Below, piece after piece: positions 33,001 through 42,594 of a DNA stretch of 64,000 nt. Under the pieces are notes generated by a model. That model searched no databases, was not told the DNA's origin, and saw only the letters and a list, made by a program, of their open reading frames with translations. A program made the position numbers and the translations under genes. Each line of letters opens with the position of its first letter. The first letter of the stretch is position 1. Source of the DNA: Porphyridium purpureum (lineage: Eukaryota); contig VRMN01000004.1 of the NCBI GenBank assembly GCA_008690995.1, positions 1,488,001 through 1,552,000 of the forward strand, given 5' to 3'.

Positions 33001-34381
33001 CTTCATCTGTGCTCAAAACAGCCACCTCAGGAAAAGGACGTTCAGGGAAAGAGAAAAATTCTTGCGATTTTGCGTCATGGCACTCGTTTTCTGATGTAAT
33101 GCAGCGGGTTACTGCACTCTTGAATGAGACCGTGCCTGCCAGGTCATCGCCCGAAGAGTTCGAGCCGGTCTCAAATGGTGACGAGGATGCTGTTGTGCTC
33201 GCCGATGAATCCTGTTCGCGCGCACTGATCCGCAATGTGCTCAAGGGTGAAAGTGCCCTGGGAATCCCTTCCGCGCTCGATTCTTTGCGGCTCTCTACAG
33301 GCAGAGGCGAATGCAACTGCCCAACCGGCCGAAAACGAGTCATGTCCAATTGCTCTCGTCGCCGCGGTGAGGAAAGCTCGACATTGTGATTCTTCTCGGA
33401 AGAAGCGCTCGCTTTTCGAATCAGAGACTGGTCCTCAGATATGCCACTCCCGCGATGAACGACAGGGCTCGCGCTCTGCTCTGCTCGCATACTTGCTTGC
33501 CGGCTCGGTGAGTTAAGCGCTCGATTATCACGGCTGGGCGAGATATTTGCGGACTCTACTGCCCGAGAGCTCTTTGATCTGTGTTGAGCGTTGGCTGTAA
33601 CACCTGCGCTGCCTGGAGCAGAAGCGCTGCTCAGCTCTGGACTGAAACTCACCTGGCGACGTGGCGAGTCGACCGCTCTCCTCTGGCGGGCTGCAGGTTG
33701 ACTCGCGAGCGGCTCCAAGTGGGAGCTTTTAGCCTCACGGGGTGATTCCGCGGCGTGAAGGCTGTCGAGTGTCGTCATCTTTGCGAGCAGTTCTATCTGC
33801 AAATGTATGTGCCGGCGCGGCGAGTCCACGGCCCCACTGTCGCAACGAGGCGAGCTAGTCGAGCGCAAATCTGCTTGGAAAATCACTTGCCTGCGTGGCG
33901 AGTCCAGGGCTCCACTGTCATGACGAGGCGCCGTCAACACGCACGCTCGCGGTGTGCGAGCGTCCGCGTGCGAACGTGGTGAAATGAATGCGCTGTTATC
34001 CCGCACGCTCTTTGCTCGGGCATCTGTCCTGTCCTTGTCCACACTTGGCGAAGCGCTGAACCTTGCATTGTCCCGGATGATACCTCTCGAAGGCGTCCGG
34101 GCGTCTGTGGCTGCATCTGTCCGCTCTGACGCGCTGCGACCTCCGTGCTCCTTCCCCGCGCATTCTTCCGCACCAGGAAGCGGCGGCGGCCGCGGTCGCG
34201 AGTGGACGCGCTGGCTGTCGGGGCGCACGCTTCGCGCCTCACCATCGCCAGCACCATGCTCGCGACGCACAGCCGCCGCATCGCTCGCCAACGCCGGCGG
34301 CCGACTCTGAGCATCACTCGCATCGGCGCGCTCATCTCCCTCCCCCGCACGCCGCCGCATATCGCCGGTCGCGCCGTTCAT
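27053..34381 (-). CDS. Four-domain (4x6TM) voltage-gated cation channel alpha subunit, Cav/Nav superfamily
   Basis: Four repeats, each with an Arg-rich S4 (FRALRALRPLR; FRALRLLRIFK; FRALRALRVLRILR; LRVFRVFRLLRVLR), P-loops, WN.xDF S2-S3 motifs, and a C-terminal EF-hand-like WSRYDP...LEPPLG; 2442 aa in a single ORF. Confidence 0.96.
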   Translation of the reverse strand: MNGATGDMRRRAGEGDERADASDAQSRPPALASDAAAVRREHGAGDGEARSVRPDSQRVHSRPRPPPLPGAEECAGKEHGGRSASERTDAATDARTPSRGIIRDNARFSASPSVDKDRTDARAKSVRDNSAFISPRSHADARTPRACVLTAPRHDSGALDSPRRQVIFQADLRSTSSPRCDSGAVDSPRRHIHLQIELLAKMTTLDSLHAAESPREAKSSHLEPLASQPAARQRRAVDSPRRQVSFSPELSSASAPGSAGVTANAQHRSKSSRAVESANISPSRDNRALNSPSRQASMRAEQSASPVVHRGSGISEDQSLIRKASASSEKNHNVELSSPRRREQLDMTRFRPVGQLHSPLPVESRKESSAEGIPRALSPLSTLRISAREQDSSASTTASSSPFETGSNSSGDDLAGTVSFKSAVTRCITSENECHDAKSQEFFSFPERPFPEVAVLSTDEEKGRRTLQDSGGPSPGRLPSQPGGREMSSSTSVSTLDVEFVAQEDFDPGGHGDDSEALEMRNWFTWESSLFIFAPHNRLRKFLMKVTRHWAFEPFIFLNILVNCVFLALEDPTGVYKAQDWLRKADYYFTGLFTLEVVIKVIAYGFILNPRSRACWKMYGRAYLRDPWNWIDFVVVVMAYPGLFEQDAQLNAFRALRALRPLRTIKIIPTLRYTVQGLISAIPLLLDVLLQAFFVLYLFAVLGLMLFEGVLRKHCTDGTSLYVDFENPDGIICGHAECPIDVFTCETLMCATMTANGAMTFPNPNFGYTNFDNILYGLLTDFQCITLAGWAEVMYLFMDATTTWAALYFVVLVFVGAFLVTNLAIAVLTETYTSAANEEDQNSVLQSMRTGLISLHRSVLVSNSVLRRPFPRRGQSDETGSLHEDRMKLSLMWTKVVDAYRRFVKAFSVLNASRNWLLFYIVETTWFEALIMLVVVANTAILAAQYAFMPQSLMDAFGACNLAFTVVFVVEGCIKIYAFGPVRYFIDPANLLDFVIIVVAIVEFVVPADFQGLTVFRALRLLRIFKLVRAFEQMSVLIRLMGASFASILRFSPVLLLFIFIFVIMGMQFFGSQFLSDAGTVCTPSSTEDEGCPRANWSNFGNAFLVVFQVLTGENWNEAMWNAMQYTSPWAALFFVFMFVVLTYVMLNIFLTIVLFDFNVDASTPVETMKGQRGTDGASASRMLSKRVSTMSHRFFTTLKRAVLVEWNRCAMCWTCSPAEQVLRSDSSENEMSDFDGHSDSDLDHRIGGPVAVRGGASSRAPMESSSFGNALNANLMVDDSANDGQGKKVEEEEKQLPQRGLQEPPNEHHPASKFGSLCVSDRDSRTSHASGQEVENKFDHVREASGHVGEDKNARPRKPPVLLSIGGEIDEMDGTVGSRWRENGDENRLSSRLKDAESKGIRTSTEFVPADSYSEDHEEIFQDELLVGSSIDNQGLGRCAFFGPRSCLSRRAGYSLWLFAPTSRVRLFCQTVAESVYFEYFIIVIIIWSCINLAIYSPGLDPDGTTARALKVMDYLFVSVFTLEMIIKIIAMNFVLARVSYLRDPWNILDFVIVITGILDLALSTTDLSFFRALRALRVLRILRLVRRFDGLKLVVQALALSFIPCINVILVALVIWLVFAILGVQLFAGKFYSCQCPESMNPDICSDVTAAVAMGIAFRQGPVSGMTECDPSTITGNTAPEQCLAMGGTWTNFPSNFDNTGIALLTLFEVASLSNWLDIMYAAMDATGENMQPVEDNQFAACIYFVAFIFVGSFFLISILVSVILDAFVSIRSKKDGTALLTPEQREWIESCRMMFQLSVHPIPLAPNSTSCMAPLRIACFRMVTQTWFEITVMSLIVLNSITLGMEFYGANAAWEWFYFISGAVFTWLFVLEMILKLLGLGVRQYFRDRWNLFDFVIVLLSLVTFVLDVIALSISNFNSPFDATVLRVFRVFRLLRVLRLTKRFKNLRLLVETLMLSLPSLVNVGSLMALVFYIYAVIGVQFFGTVQPLDNPPPTGGGINAYANFTTFYWAVLTLLQCATADTWNGIMWDLVSLGGWYKLAVLYFVTFIFLGAYVLINIFIAIMIEAFASVIKRDEFKINETHLERYAEVWSRYDPNAERKILVRRDLKPFLMELEPPLGIGAEVSTRELFAFIDSLNLPDSDGKVEFHGLLKALAFRAYGAGEDLAVLEVSQAGTSMTKLEKAITPRRAKAEPTWYDPTDKDERRDSGGFRRLHSQGRSPSVRSPSVKSPPTLSPTLRSMKSFGSPRDSGVARSPAGLGAIMEQLSGGLTNERRVSRTDTAHAPEQRKAQLFLAAAALQRAARIYLTELEKEQSLPSVSDDDAPQSMEATSAPAGKVQQDVPRSSLPSSSSRAALNLDETEATGPSPQDWITQSRVDLAERDMAILRNVFAADKSAEAAASREEERTGVSPPGVAPSKHTSQPLDIKHFIAQKRKQRK

Positions 34382-35285
34382 CTACCCGCAATTATCGCAC
34401 TCGCATCCTCAACATCCACAACCATAGCATCCACCCCCGTCTGCTCCTCCCCCACCCCCCTCTCTCTTTCCCCACGTTCACCACCTCTGTACAAGCCGAA
34501 CGCACGTTCAATAAGACATCGCGGCTGCGACTTCTATTTCGCATTGCATGGCCATCATTAAGGTTAAACGGTTTAACGGCTACGCTTTTCTGTCTAATTG
34601 ACGCAGTGGCGTGATTCGCTATTTCGGCGATTCGGTTCCTGGGTGGCGGCCACCCCAATTCAGGACGCCGACTCTCATGCCGATGCAGATGGGACAGGAA
34701 CAAGGAGGAGAAGAAGCAGTGTGGTAGCACGGATCGATAAGGTGTGTGTTGGCCGTGTCCAAGTGCATGCGCGCGTCGACCAGACGTAGATCGGATATAG
34801 GTGGAATGCTGAAAAGCAGCGTTGTGCGCAGCGTGCGTCGCTATACTGCGCCGCGAACAGCAGGCAAAGGTCTCGGAAAAACAGCGGCGTGAACTGGGAT
34901 AACATGTTTGGGATAGGAGGACAGAGGCAATGGAGGGGGAGAGGGAGGAGCGGTAGTGTGGAGGGACACGCATGTAAAGCGCAACACACGACGTGAGAAT
35001 CGTCGCGTAGTGTTTCTCTGCGTAGGGTTCAAACGCAGCGCGCGCGCCTGCGCTATCACTCGGCAGCGCGGTGTGTTAGCATGGTTGGTCGCTCAAGCGG
35101 TTCGACGCCCCGATCTGCGTCATGACGGTGCTTCTTCCCGCATTACATGTATAATGAAATAACGCAATGTTGCGCACAATATCGACATTACAAAGGAATG
35201 GGAAATAGTCCGGCTGTGCGTGCAATTAACGGCTGGCAGGGAGGGGAGAGCGCGAGAGACGGGAGAGGTAAGGTGTGAGTTGATC

Positions 35286-37355
35286 ATGGTGGCCGGCGGG
35301 ACAAAGATGATGGGCGCGTATCATCCGCTTGATGACTTGAGCGCAGAGGAGGTGCGCGCAGTGGTTGGCGTCGTGAGGCAGCATGCAGAGTTCACGTCGT
35401 CAATGGTGTTTAATGCGGTGACGCTGCGCGAGCCGCCAAAGAGCACTGTGGTCGCGTTTGACGCGCAGGTCGAGGCGCCGATCCAGTCGCTGGGGAACGG
35501 GCATGCGGGGGATCGTGGTCAGAATGGCGTGCACAGCGGGGCGGGCTTTCTGAGGAGCGCCGACTGCATTACGCTGGATTACGCAGACGGCCGCGTGTTT
35601 GAATGGGTCGTGACGTGGAGCAGTCACGACGACGTGCAGACGAGCGGGCAGAGTGGCCAGCCTGCGGTGGTGTCCTGCACATACGTGCCGGACAAGCAGC
35701 CCATGTATACGCCCGAGGACTGCATTACCGCAGAGAGCGTCGCAAAGAGTGATGCGGGCGTTGTGGCCGTGCTGAACGAGCTCGGGTTCCATGATATGGA
35801 GCTCGTTGCCGCGGATCCATGGAGCATGGCAGACGAGACGACCCCGCGACAGCGTACGCTGATGCTGTTTCTGTACGCGCGTGAGTTTGAGGACGACAAC
35901 CACTATGCCCACCCCATCAACATCTTGCCTGTCGTCGACCTGGTGTCGCGTCGAGTGATCGAGATCCGCCGCCCCAAAGGTGGCAAGCTCCCGCCTATTC
36001 CGAAACGCAACGCAAACTACATGGAGAAATTCCTGAGTCCCGAGCAAGTGCGTCGCGACCTCAAACCGCTCGAGATCATCCAGCCGGACGGACCAAGCTT
36101 CACGGTGAAGGGCAGGCTCGTGACGTGGCAGAACTGGAGCTTCCGCGTGGGCTTTAACTGCCGAGAAGGTCTTGTGATGCGCGACGTCCGCTACAGGGAC
36201 GGTCAGGAACTGCGTAGGATTCTGTATCGTGGCTCTTGTTCTGAAATGATTGTGCCCTACGGTGACCCGCAGGAGCCGTACCACCTGAAAGCAGCCAAGG
36301 ATGTCGGCGATTATGGCCTTGGGTATTGTGCGAGCTCGCTGTCGCTAGGCTGTGACTGCCTGGGAACTATTCACTACATGGATGCTGTGCTGAACAACCA
36401 TGCCGGTGATCCCGTTCGTCTTCCCAATGCGGTGTGCATTCACGAAGAAGACGCCGGGCTGCTCTGGAAGCATGTCGATTATCGCACTGGAAAGAGCGAA
36501 ACGCGGCGCAGCCGCCGTCTGATCGTACAATGCACATCAACGGTGGTGAATTACGAGTATCTGACACGTTGGATCTTCCAGCAGGACGGCACCATCCATG
36601 TGGAAATGGGGCTGACCGGCATGCTCTCAACCAACCAGGTAAATGCGGAAGGCGAAGTGCCCGAGTATGGTACGCTCGTGATGGATGGCTTGAACGCGCA
36701 GTTGCACCAGCACATGTTCAATTTTCGTTTGGATATGGCGGTGGACGGCTTTCAGAACAATCAGGTGATTGAAAGTGACGTCGTGCCGGTGTGTGATCCG
36801 TCGGTGAACGTGCACGGCAACGCGTTTCGCGTCATTGACACGCCACTTTTGAGCGAGCAAAGCGCCATTCGTGACAGTTCCCCGGAACGAAACCGCGTGT
36901 GGAAGATTGTCAACACGGAGCGAATCAATCCTGTGACGCGAAAACCGGTCGGGTACAAGCTGGTGGCGTCCACGGCGGGTCCGCTAATGCTGGCCAATTC
37001 AGATTGCGCGTTTCGAAAGCAGGCGCCGTTTGCGACGCACAACTTGTGGGTGACCCGTTTCGATGAGAAAGAGTACTTTGCTGGAGGAAAGTATCCGAGC
37101 CAGGCCAACGGGGAGGACGGGTTGCATCGGTGGACTGAGCGCAATGCGTCCCTTGACGATGACATTGTGATGTGGCACACGTTTGGCGTCACCCACGTTC
37201 CGCGCCCGGAGGACTTTCCAGTGATGCCTTTGGAGGTATGCGGCTTCAGCTTGAAACCGTTTGGGTTCTTCACGGCAAATCCAGGGAACGACGTGCCGGT
37301 GACCAAGAGTCTGAACAGTGTGAGTCATGGAACCGATCCGTGCTGCAAATCGTGA
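35286..37355 (+). CDS. Copper-containing (TPQ) primary amine oxidase
   Basis: HPLDDL, catalytic Asp in KDVGDYG, LGCDCLG, TVVNYEY (TPQ consensus), HQH and THVPRPEDFPVMP Cu ligands. Confidence 0.96.
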   Translation: MVAGGTKMMGAYHPLDDLSAEEVRAVVGVVRQHAEFTSSMVFNAVTLREPPKSTVVAFDAQVEAPIQSLGNGHAGDRGQNGVHSGAGFLRSADCITLDYADGRVFEWVVTWSSHDDVQTSGQSGQPAVVSCTYVPDKQPMYTPEDCITAESVAKSDAGVVAVLNELGFHDMELVAADPWSMADETTPRQRTLMLFLYAREFEDDNHYAHPINILPVVDLVSRRVIEIRRPKGGKLPPIPKRNANYMEKFLSPEQVRRDLKPLEIIQPDGPSFTVKGRLVTWQNWSFRVGFNCREGLVMRDVRYRDGQELRRILYRGSCSEMIVPYGDPQEPYHLKAAKDVGDYGLGYCASSLSLGCDCLGTIHYMDAVLNNHAGDPVRLPNAVCIHEEDAGLLWKHVDYRTGKSETRRSRRLIVQCTSTVVNYEYLTRWIFQQDGTIHVEMGLTGMLSTNQVNAEGEVPEYGTLVMDGLNAQLHQHMFNFRLDMAVDGFQNNQVIESDVVPVCDPSVNVHGNAFRVIDTPLLSEQSAIRDSSPERNRVWKIVNTERINPVTRKPVGYKLVASTAGPLMLANSDCAFRKQAPFATHNLWVTRFDEKEYFAGGKYPSQANGEDGLHRWTERNASLDDDIVMWHTFGVTHVPRPEDFPVMPLEVCGFSLKPFGFFTANPGNDVPVTKSLNSVSHGTDPCCKS

Positions 37356-37559
37356 ACGGTAAGCGGCAAACACCGCAGTCAATCTCGGGCGCACAGGGTA
37401 TGAAACGCCTGCTGCACCGATTTCCGGCCTGCTCACAGTGTTAAATTGTCCTTTTTTTTGTAGAGGGAAAAATTAAAAGGAAATGAGGAGTCCAAACTAC
37501 CCTTTCCAAGATTCACGAGGAGGCAATCCAAGACCGTGAAGGGGTCACTGGAGTAAGGG

Positions 37560-38951
37560 CTAGAGCGCTGTGTTCAGATGATCCCAGTGAGTGATCATCA
37601 GCACTTGAATACAATTCAGCGCGTGTCTGCGGACCTCGGGTGATTCGGCGCCCATCAGCTGCATGAGGCGCGTCTTGACACCGAGAGACTGCGCAATGTA
37701 GCGGCCGCGCGGGTGATACTTGATAAACATGCTCAGATCATTGCAAGCCACGCTCAGCACGACCGGGTCGCTGCTCTGTGCTAGCAAGCGTACGAGGCAG
37801 CGAAGCACCTCCATATTACTGCGCTCCATTTTCTCCACGTTTTCACGCCAAAACATATCGTCTGTGTGTACGTGTGTCCACTGCAGCACGCCGCTCAGCA
37901 CTTCACTGTGGTACATCTCAAAGCTGGACATTTGCTTCTTCTCCTCTTGCAGGTTCTCGGCGAGCGAGTGCATGTCATTCAGAATGTCTGTATCGGCCCA
38001 TCTTCGCACGCAGAGCTGCTCCACTGTCTTGATGATCCCAGCCCCCACCATTTCGCGGCGAAGCCGAGCCGAGAACTTGCCCTGTGTCAGATTATTCAGC
38101 GTCGCGACGCATAGCCGCACCACCTTCTCCGCGGTCACTTCGCGGAGAAGCAGACACAGGCGCCTGGGCACAAACGCTTCGTCCATGGCCTTGGACACGG
38201 CCGCGACCGTGTTGGGCTCGGCTGCAAACGACAAGAGCCACAGCACGAACACGGATTGGTACAGAGCTTGAACCTGGTGGTGCTGCTCCTTGTCTACGAG
38301 CTGCGCGACGGCCTTGACGTGTTCGGCGCTGGCGTCGCACAGCAGCAGGCGCGCCTTTTCCACGCGCAGAATTTCGCCTAAACTTTCCAGCGACTTGACA
38401 TAGTGGGACTCTACGATTTCTCTCATGCGGAGCTGCTCTGTAATCCACGCAAACATGGCCACAATGTACGCGGTCAGCTGCTTGGACAGCGTTTCGCTCT
38501 CCGTGACCGCGGGGGTGGCGAGCAAGCCGGCCAGCATCCTCCCCACGACAACGCTGAGCGAGTCTTGTAATTGGAACGCGTACATTCCGCCTGCGGGCTG
38601 CGTGTGCATTTCGGCCAGCTGCTTGGCGAGCTTGGCGAGCAGCTGCATATCGCCCACGAGCAGCTGCATGACCGCGGCCTTCCCGCCCTTGCGCGCGAGC
38701 AGCGCGGCCAGCAGCTCGGACGCGCGCAGCAGATCGGCCGCGGTGCCGACTTCCGTGAGCAGCGCGAGGAGCGCGCGCGCGGTCTCGTGCGCGCCGGCCG
38801 CCAGAAACGGCTCGACGTCGTACGCGGCGCCGGCGCTCAGCACGGCCTCCCACTGATCCACGAGCTTTGCCTGCTCGTACCCGACCGACGTGCCCTGCGA
38901 CACCACTGTCCATGGCGCTCCATGCCCCACCCCATCTGCCGCAGTCCCCAT
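37560..38951 (-). CDS. VHA-H: V-type H+-ATPase subunit H
   Basis: LYQSVFVLWLLSF, EKVVR, SSFEMYHSEVLSGVLQWTHVH...FWREN, VACNDL, VKTRLMQLM...VRRHAL. Start taken at ATG 38951. Confidence 0.93.
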   Translation of the reverse strand: MGTAADGVGHGAPWTVVSQGTSVGYEQAKLVDQWEAVLSAGAAYDVEPFLAAGAHETARALLALLTEVGTAADLLRASELLAALLARKGGKAAVMQLLVGDMQLLAKLAKQLAEMHTQPAGGMYAFQLQDSLSVVVGRMLAGLLATPAVTESETLSKQLTAYIVAMFAWITEQLRMREIVESHYVKSLESLGEILRVEKARLLLCDASAEHVKAVAQLVDKEQHHQVQALYQSVFVLWLLSFAAEPNTVAAVSKAMDEAFVPRRLCLLLREVTAEKVVRLCVATLNNLTQGKFSARLRREMVGAGIIKTVEQLCVRRWADTDILNDMHSLAENLQEEKKQMSSFEMYHSEVLSGVLQWTHVHTDDMFWRENVEKMERSNMEVLRCLVRLLAQSSDPVVLSVACNDLSMFIKYHPRGRYIAQSLGVKTRLMQLMGAESPEVRRHALNCIQVLMITHWDHLNTAL

Positions 38952-39236
38952 TCCACCCCCAAACCCTCCACGATCGCTCCACCCACACCTACACCCTTCA
39001 CCGTTCACCCTTTTCCTCTCTCTCCCCACTCTCCTCTTCTCCCCTTCTTCCCTTCTCCCCTTCTCTCTCGCTGTCACAAACACAGTTCATACTGAAAACC
39101 AATCTGTTTCATACACACTAACGCTCACTCACTCACCCACCCACCAAACCAACCAAGCAACGCCCAAAACACGCACACAAGCGCCGAAACCCTAGCGCGA
39201 AACGCACGCCACAAGACTGACGCCTCGTGATAGACA

Positions 39237-39369
39237 AACACACACACACACACACTGGCTGCAGAACACCGGACACAGCACAAACCACACCGGACGATTC
39301 GGTGGTTACTTCGACTTGGCGAAAGCCGTTAAAGCCGCGTGCGCGTGTGTGTGTGTGCGCGTGTGTGTG
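39237..39369. repeat. (AC)n and (GT)n microsatellites in the VHA-H/VHA-G divergent intergenic region
   Basis: acacacac at about 39239-39254 and gtgtgtgt at about 39344-39369. Confidence 0.8.
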
Positions 39370-39628
39370 CTTTGATACAAGTTGGGCTGGATTCGGGTAG
39401 TAGGTACTGTGCTCGTGGGTTCGGGGTACGGTTTTGTGTTCTTCTTTTTTTTTGGGACGTGCGCCGTTGGGTCGGGAACGGTTAATGTGGTTGATGAGGA
39501 AGAGGAAGAAGAAGAAGAAGGAAACCGGGAGAAGAAGGGGAGAGAGAGGAAGAGAGAGGGGGATAGTGTGCGGAAGGTGTTGGGGGTTTGAGGTGGGTGG
39601 GTGGAGAAGCGAGGTGTGGGGGGAGAAG

Positions 39629-39964
39629 ATGGAGAAGAAGAGCGCCGAGACGATCCAGACGCTGCTGGACGCAGAGAAGGAGGCGGCGCAGGTCGTGGAG
39701 AAGGCGAGGAAGGAGCGCGACGCGCGGCTCAAGCGCGCTGTCGCCGAGGCCGACGCGGAGATCTCGGCGTACCGCGCGCAGAAGGAAAAGGAGCACGTCG
39801 CCGAGAGGGAGAAGCACGAGGGAACGTCGGGTACAAGTAAGGAGAAGATTGCTGTGGACGCCGACCAGAAGGTCAAGGAGATGCAGGCAGAGGCCGCTAA
39901 GAACCGCGAACAGGTCGTTCAGATGCTCCGGGACCTCGTGCTCGCAGTCGACACGTCGGTGTGA
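39629..39964 (+). CDS. VHA-G: V-type H+-ATPase subunit G
   Basis: IQTLLDAEKEAAQVVEKARKERDARLKRAVAEADAEISAYR matches the subunit G N-terminus; 111 aa. Confidence 0.93.
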   Translation: MEKKSAETIQTLLDAEKEAAQVVEKARKERDARLKRAVAEADAEISAYRAQKEKEHVAEREKHEGTSGTSKEKIAVDADQKVKEMQAEAAKNREQVVQMLRDLVLAVDTSV

Positions 39965-40288
39965 TCGCATCGGCTCGCGTGTTGACTAGATGTACTCTTA
40001 AAGTAAACGAACACAGGACGGTGTCTATGCGCTTGTCGTTCGTCTTATCCGTGCCATGAATGGTCGGGGTGCTACTTTGCGCGAAGCATTCGGTATGCTG
40101 CTGCGATTCCACTTTGTTTACCAGCCTAGATACATGCACTACAATGCGATTGGACTCGCTCATCCATCCTCACGCAGCTTGATATCTCAGCGCTCTGTTT
40201 AGTGATCATCGTTCTTTCTAATTTTTCTCACACCCCGAGCTGTCATCATCTCGCCATTTTCTCCAGGGCAAAAACGAGCTCCGTCGTC

Positions 40289-41950
40289 TCACATGGTTTC
40301 TGTAACACCGTCCGAGCTCCACCGGGTGTGGTACACGCCATTTGTGTCTGTTCTTTGATAAGTGTGCGAACCGAAAAAGTCGCGCTGCGCCTGCACCATT
40401 TGACTGCTCGGCAGCGTCGCGCGACGGTACGTGTCGTAGTATGAAATCGAGCCGCTCATGGCCGGCACGGCAATGCCCGACTGCACGGCCAGACTGACCA
40501 CGTTGCGCCACGCCGCCTGCGCCGACTCAAGCTCCTTGGCAAAATCCGGGTCGACGAGCAGAGATGGAAGCTTGGAGTCCTTCACGTACGCGGCCTTGAT
40601 GCGGTCCAAAAATTTGGCGCGGATAATGCAGCCGCCCTTCCAGATGCGCGCAATCTCGCCCAGGTCAAGCTCCCAGCCATTCTCATTCGCCGCCGTGCGA
40701 ATCAAGTTCATGCCCTGCGCATACGAGCAGATCTTGCTCGCGTACAGAGCGGCTTGGACATCGCTCACAAGCTGCTCCTGTGAGACCGTGAGCTTCTCCT
40801 TGGCGTTCGCTGGCTCGGGACCCTTGAGCACCTTGGCCGCCTCAATGCGCTCGTCCTTGAGCGCCGAAAGGTAGCGAGCCTCAAGCGCAGCCATGATCGT
40901 TGGCGCGGGGACAGCGCGCCGCACTGCCTCCTCCATGGTCCACATGCCTGTTCCCTTGCTTCCAGACTTGTCCAAAATCTTGGACACGAGCGCACTCCCA
41001 TCGTTCAGCAGCGTATCCTTCTGGGCCATGATTTTGGCGGTGATTTCAACCAGGAACGAGTCGAGCATGCCCTTGTTCCAGTCTGCAAACGTCGAGGCAA
41101 GCTGGTCCGCGCTCAGCCCACCAATGGTGGAGAGTACGTCGTATGCCTCGCCAATCAGCTGCATGTCTCCGTACTCGATTCCGTTGTGCACCATCTTGAC
41201 ATAGTTTCCGGCGCCGCCGGGACCAATGTACGTCACGCATGGTCCGTCGTTGACTTGCGCGGCCACCTTGGTAACAATGGGCTCGATGAAGCTGTACGCC
41301 TCCTTGGGTCCTCCGGGCATCATGGATGGGCCGTACCGTGCGCCTTCTTCGCCGCCCGAAACCCCCATGCCAATGTACGCGATCTGCTTTTCCTCCATTT
41401 CCTTGCCACGACGCTCCGTGTTGGTGTACCACTCGTTGCCGCCATCGATGATCATGTCGCCGGGCTCCAACTTGTCCTTGAGCGTCGCAATGGTTGCATC
41501 TACAGGCGCACCGGCTTTCACGAGCATGATGATCTTGCGCGGCTTTTGCAGCGCGGCGATAAAGTCGTCAACGCTCTCGTATCCCTTGAGCTTGTCACTG
41601 AGCGATTCTCTCTCGGCGCGCGCGACCGTATCCTTGGTCTTCTCGTAGGAGCGGTTGTATACGGCAATATCAAATCCCTTTTCGGCAATGTTGAGTGCAA
41701 GGTTCTGGCCCATCACGGCCAGACCAACGAGCCCGACCTGTGCCGTCGGCTCCACAGCTGCCGATACAACCCATGCCTTCTTGGCGACCGAGCGACTGTG
41801 CGCGCTACCGCGCACCGTACGGCAGCGCGTCAGCCCCAGCGCCGGCGTGATGGCGCACGCAGTTCCGCATCCGTTCGTTCGCGCTCCCACGGCCGCGCCC
41901 ACGCGCGCACTTGCGCCCGAAGCCACTCCAATACTCCCGACAAAAGCCAT
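40289..41950 (-). CDS. gnd: 6-phosphogluconate dehydrogenase (decarboxylating), plastid-targeted
   Basis: VGLAVMGQNLALN, VSGGEEGA, VKMVHNGIEYG, KGTG, GCIIRA, QAQRDFFGSHTY; MAFVG transit peptide. Confidence 0.97.
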   Translation of the reverse strand: MAFVGSIGVASGASARVGAAVGARTNGCGTACAITPALGLTRCRTVRGSAHSRSVAKKAWVVSAAVEPTAQVGLVGLAVMGQNLALNIAEKGFDIAVYNRSYEKTKDTVARAERESLSDKLKGYESVDDFIAALQKPRKIIMLVKAGAPVDATIATLKDKLEPGDMIIDGGNEWYTNTERRGKEMEEKQIAYIGMGVSGGEEGARYGPSMMPGGPKEAYSFIEPIVTKVAAQVNDGPCVTYIGPGGAGNYVKMVHNGIEYGDMQLIGEAYDVLSTIGGLSADQLASTFADWNKGMLDSFLVEITAKIMAQKDTLLNDGSALVSKILDKSGSKGTGMWTMEEAVRRAVPAPTIMAALEARYLSALKDERIEAAKVLKGPEPANAKEKLTVSQEQLVSDVQAALYASKICSYAQGMNLIRTAANENGWELDLGEIARIWKGGCIIRAKFLDRIKAAYVKDSKLPSLLVDPDFAKELESAQAAWRNVVSLAVQSGIAVPAMSGSISYYDTYRRATLPSSQMVQAQRDFFGSHTYQRTDTNGVYHTRWSSDGVTETM

Positions 41951-42594
41951 CCCGATACAGTCGAATCTTTCTTTTTTTTCTCTAAGCCCCACCGGAACGA
42001 ATCCCTTATGTTTGCTCAGCGGCGCCTTCCGGATTAACGCCTAGACACGAAGCCAACCTGCACTCACCACTCTGCTTCGGCGCGGACGCAGGCCCCCTCT
42101 TTAATACTCAGCACGCGATGGTCGGCGTCCCGTCCGGTTGCGTTTCTCGGACGGAGAAAGGCGCGACGCACTCGCCCGACGCTCACAGCTGACGTGATGG
42201 TGATGATGATGATGAGGAGAAGCTGAAGGAGAAGAGAACGAGGTGGCGGAAATGCGACGGGAAGAGAAGAAAGACATGAAACGACCATGAGCCGCGGGGG
42301 GGTCCACGACGGCGAGAATCCCGCCACTGTCGTGTGCTGAATGACGCGGGCGCTCCGATCTGTCGCGAAGCCGTTGCAACGGACTACGCGGTGGCGACGC
42401 GCAGATCCCGCGGTCGGCGCGCACGCCTCGACAATCCCGCCATTTTTCCGTCTGAACGCCAAAAATCCGCTGATGATCGAAAGCTTTGAAATTGGTGGAG
42501 TGGGGGGGTGTTCAGTAAACTGTACATACAAGTACAGTGACCCATTTTTTCGTCGTTTCTAAAGCGCGCGGCACTGTACCGCGTGCACGCCCGC

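Noticed and set aside
39434..39628. Basic N-terminal extension on VHA-G (and similarly on VHA-H, 38952-39083)
   Set aside because: Produced by translating GA-rich leaders from non-ATG codons; the homologous protein begins at the downstream ATG.
9446..41950. Metabolic cluster linking eda, gpsA and gnd
   Set aside because: Separated by many unrelated genes over 30 kb; no evidence beyond chance.
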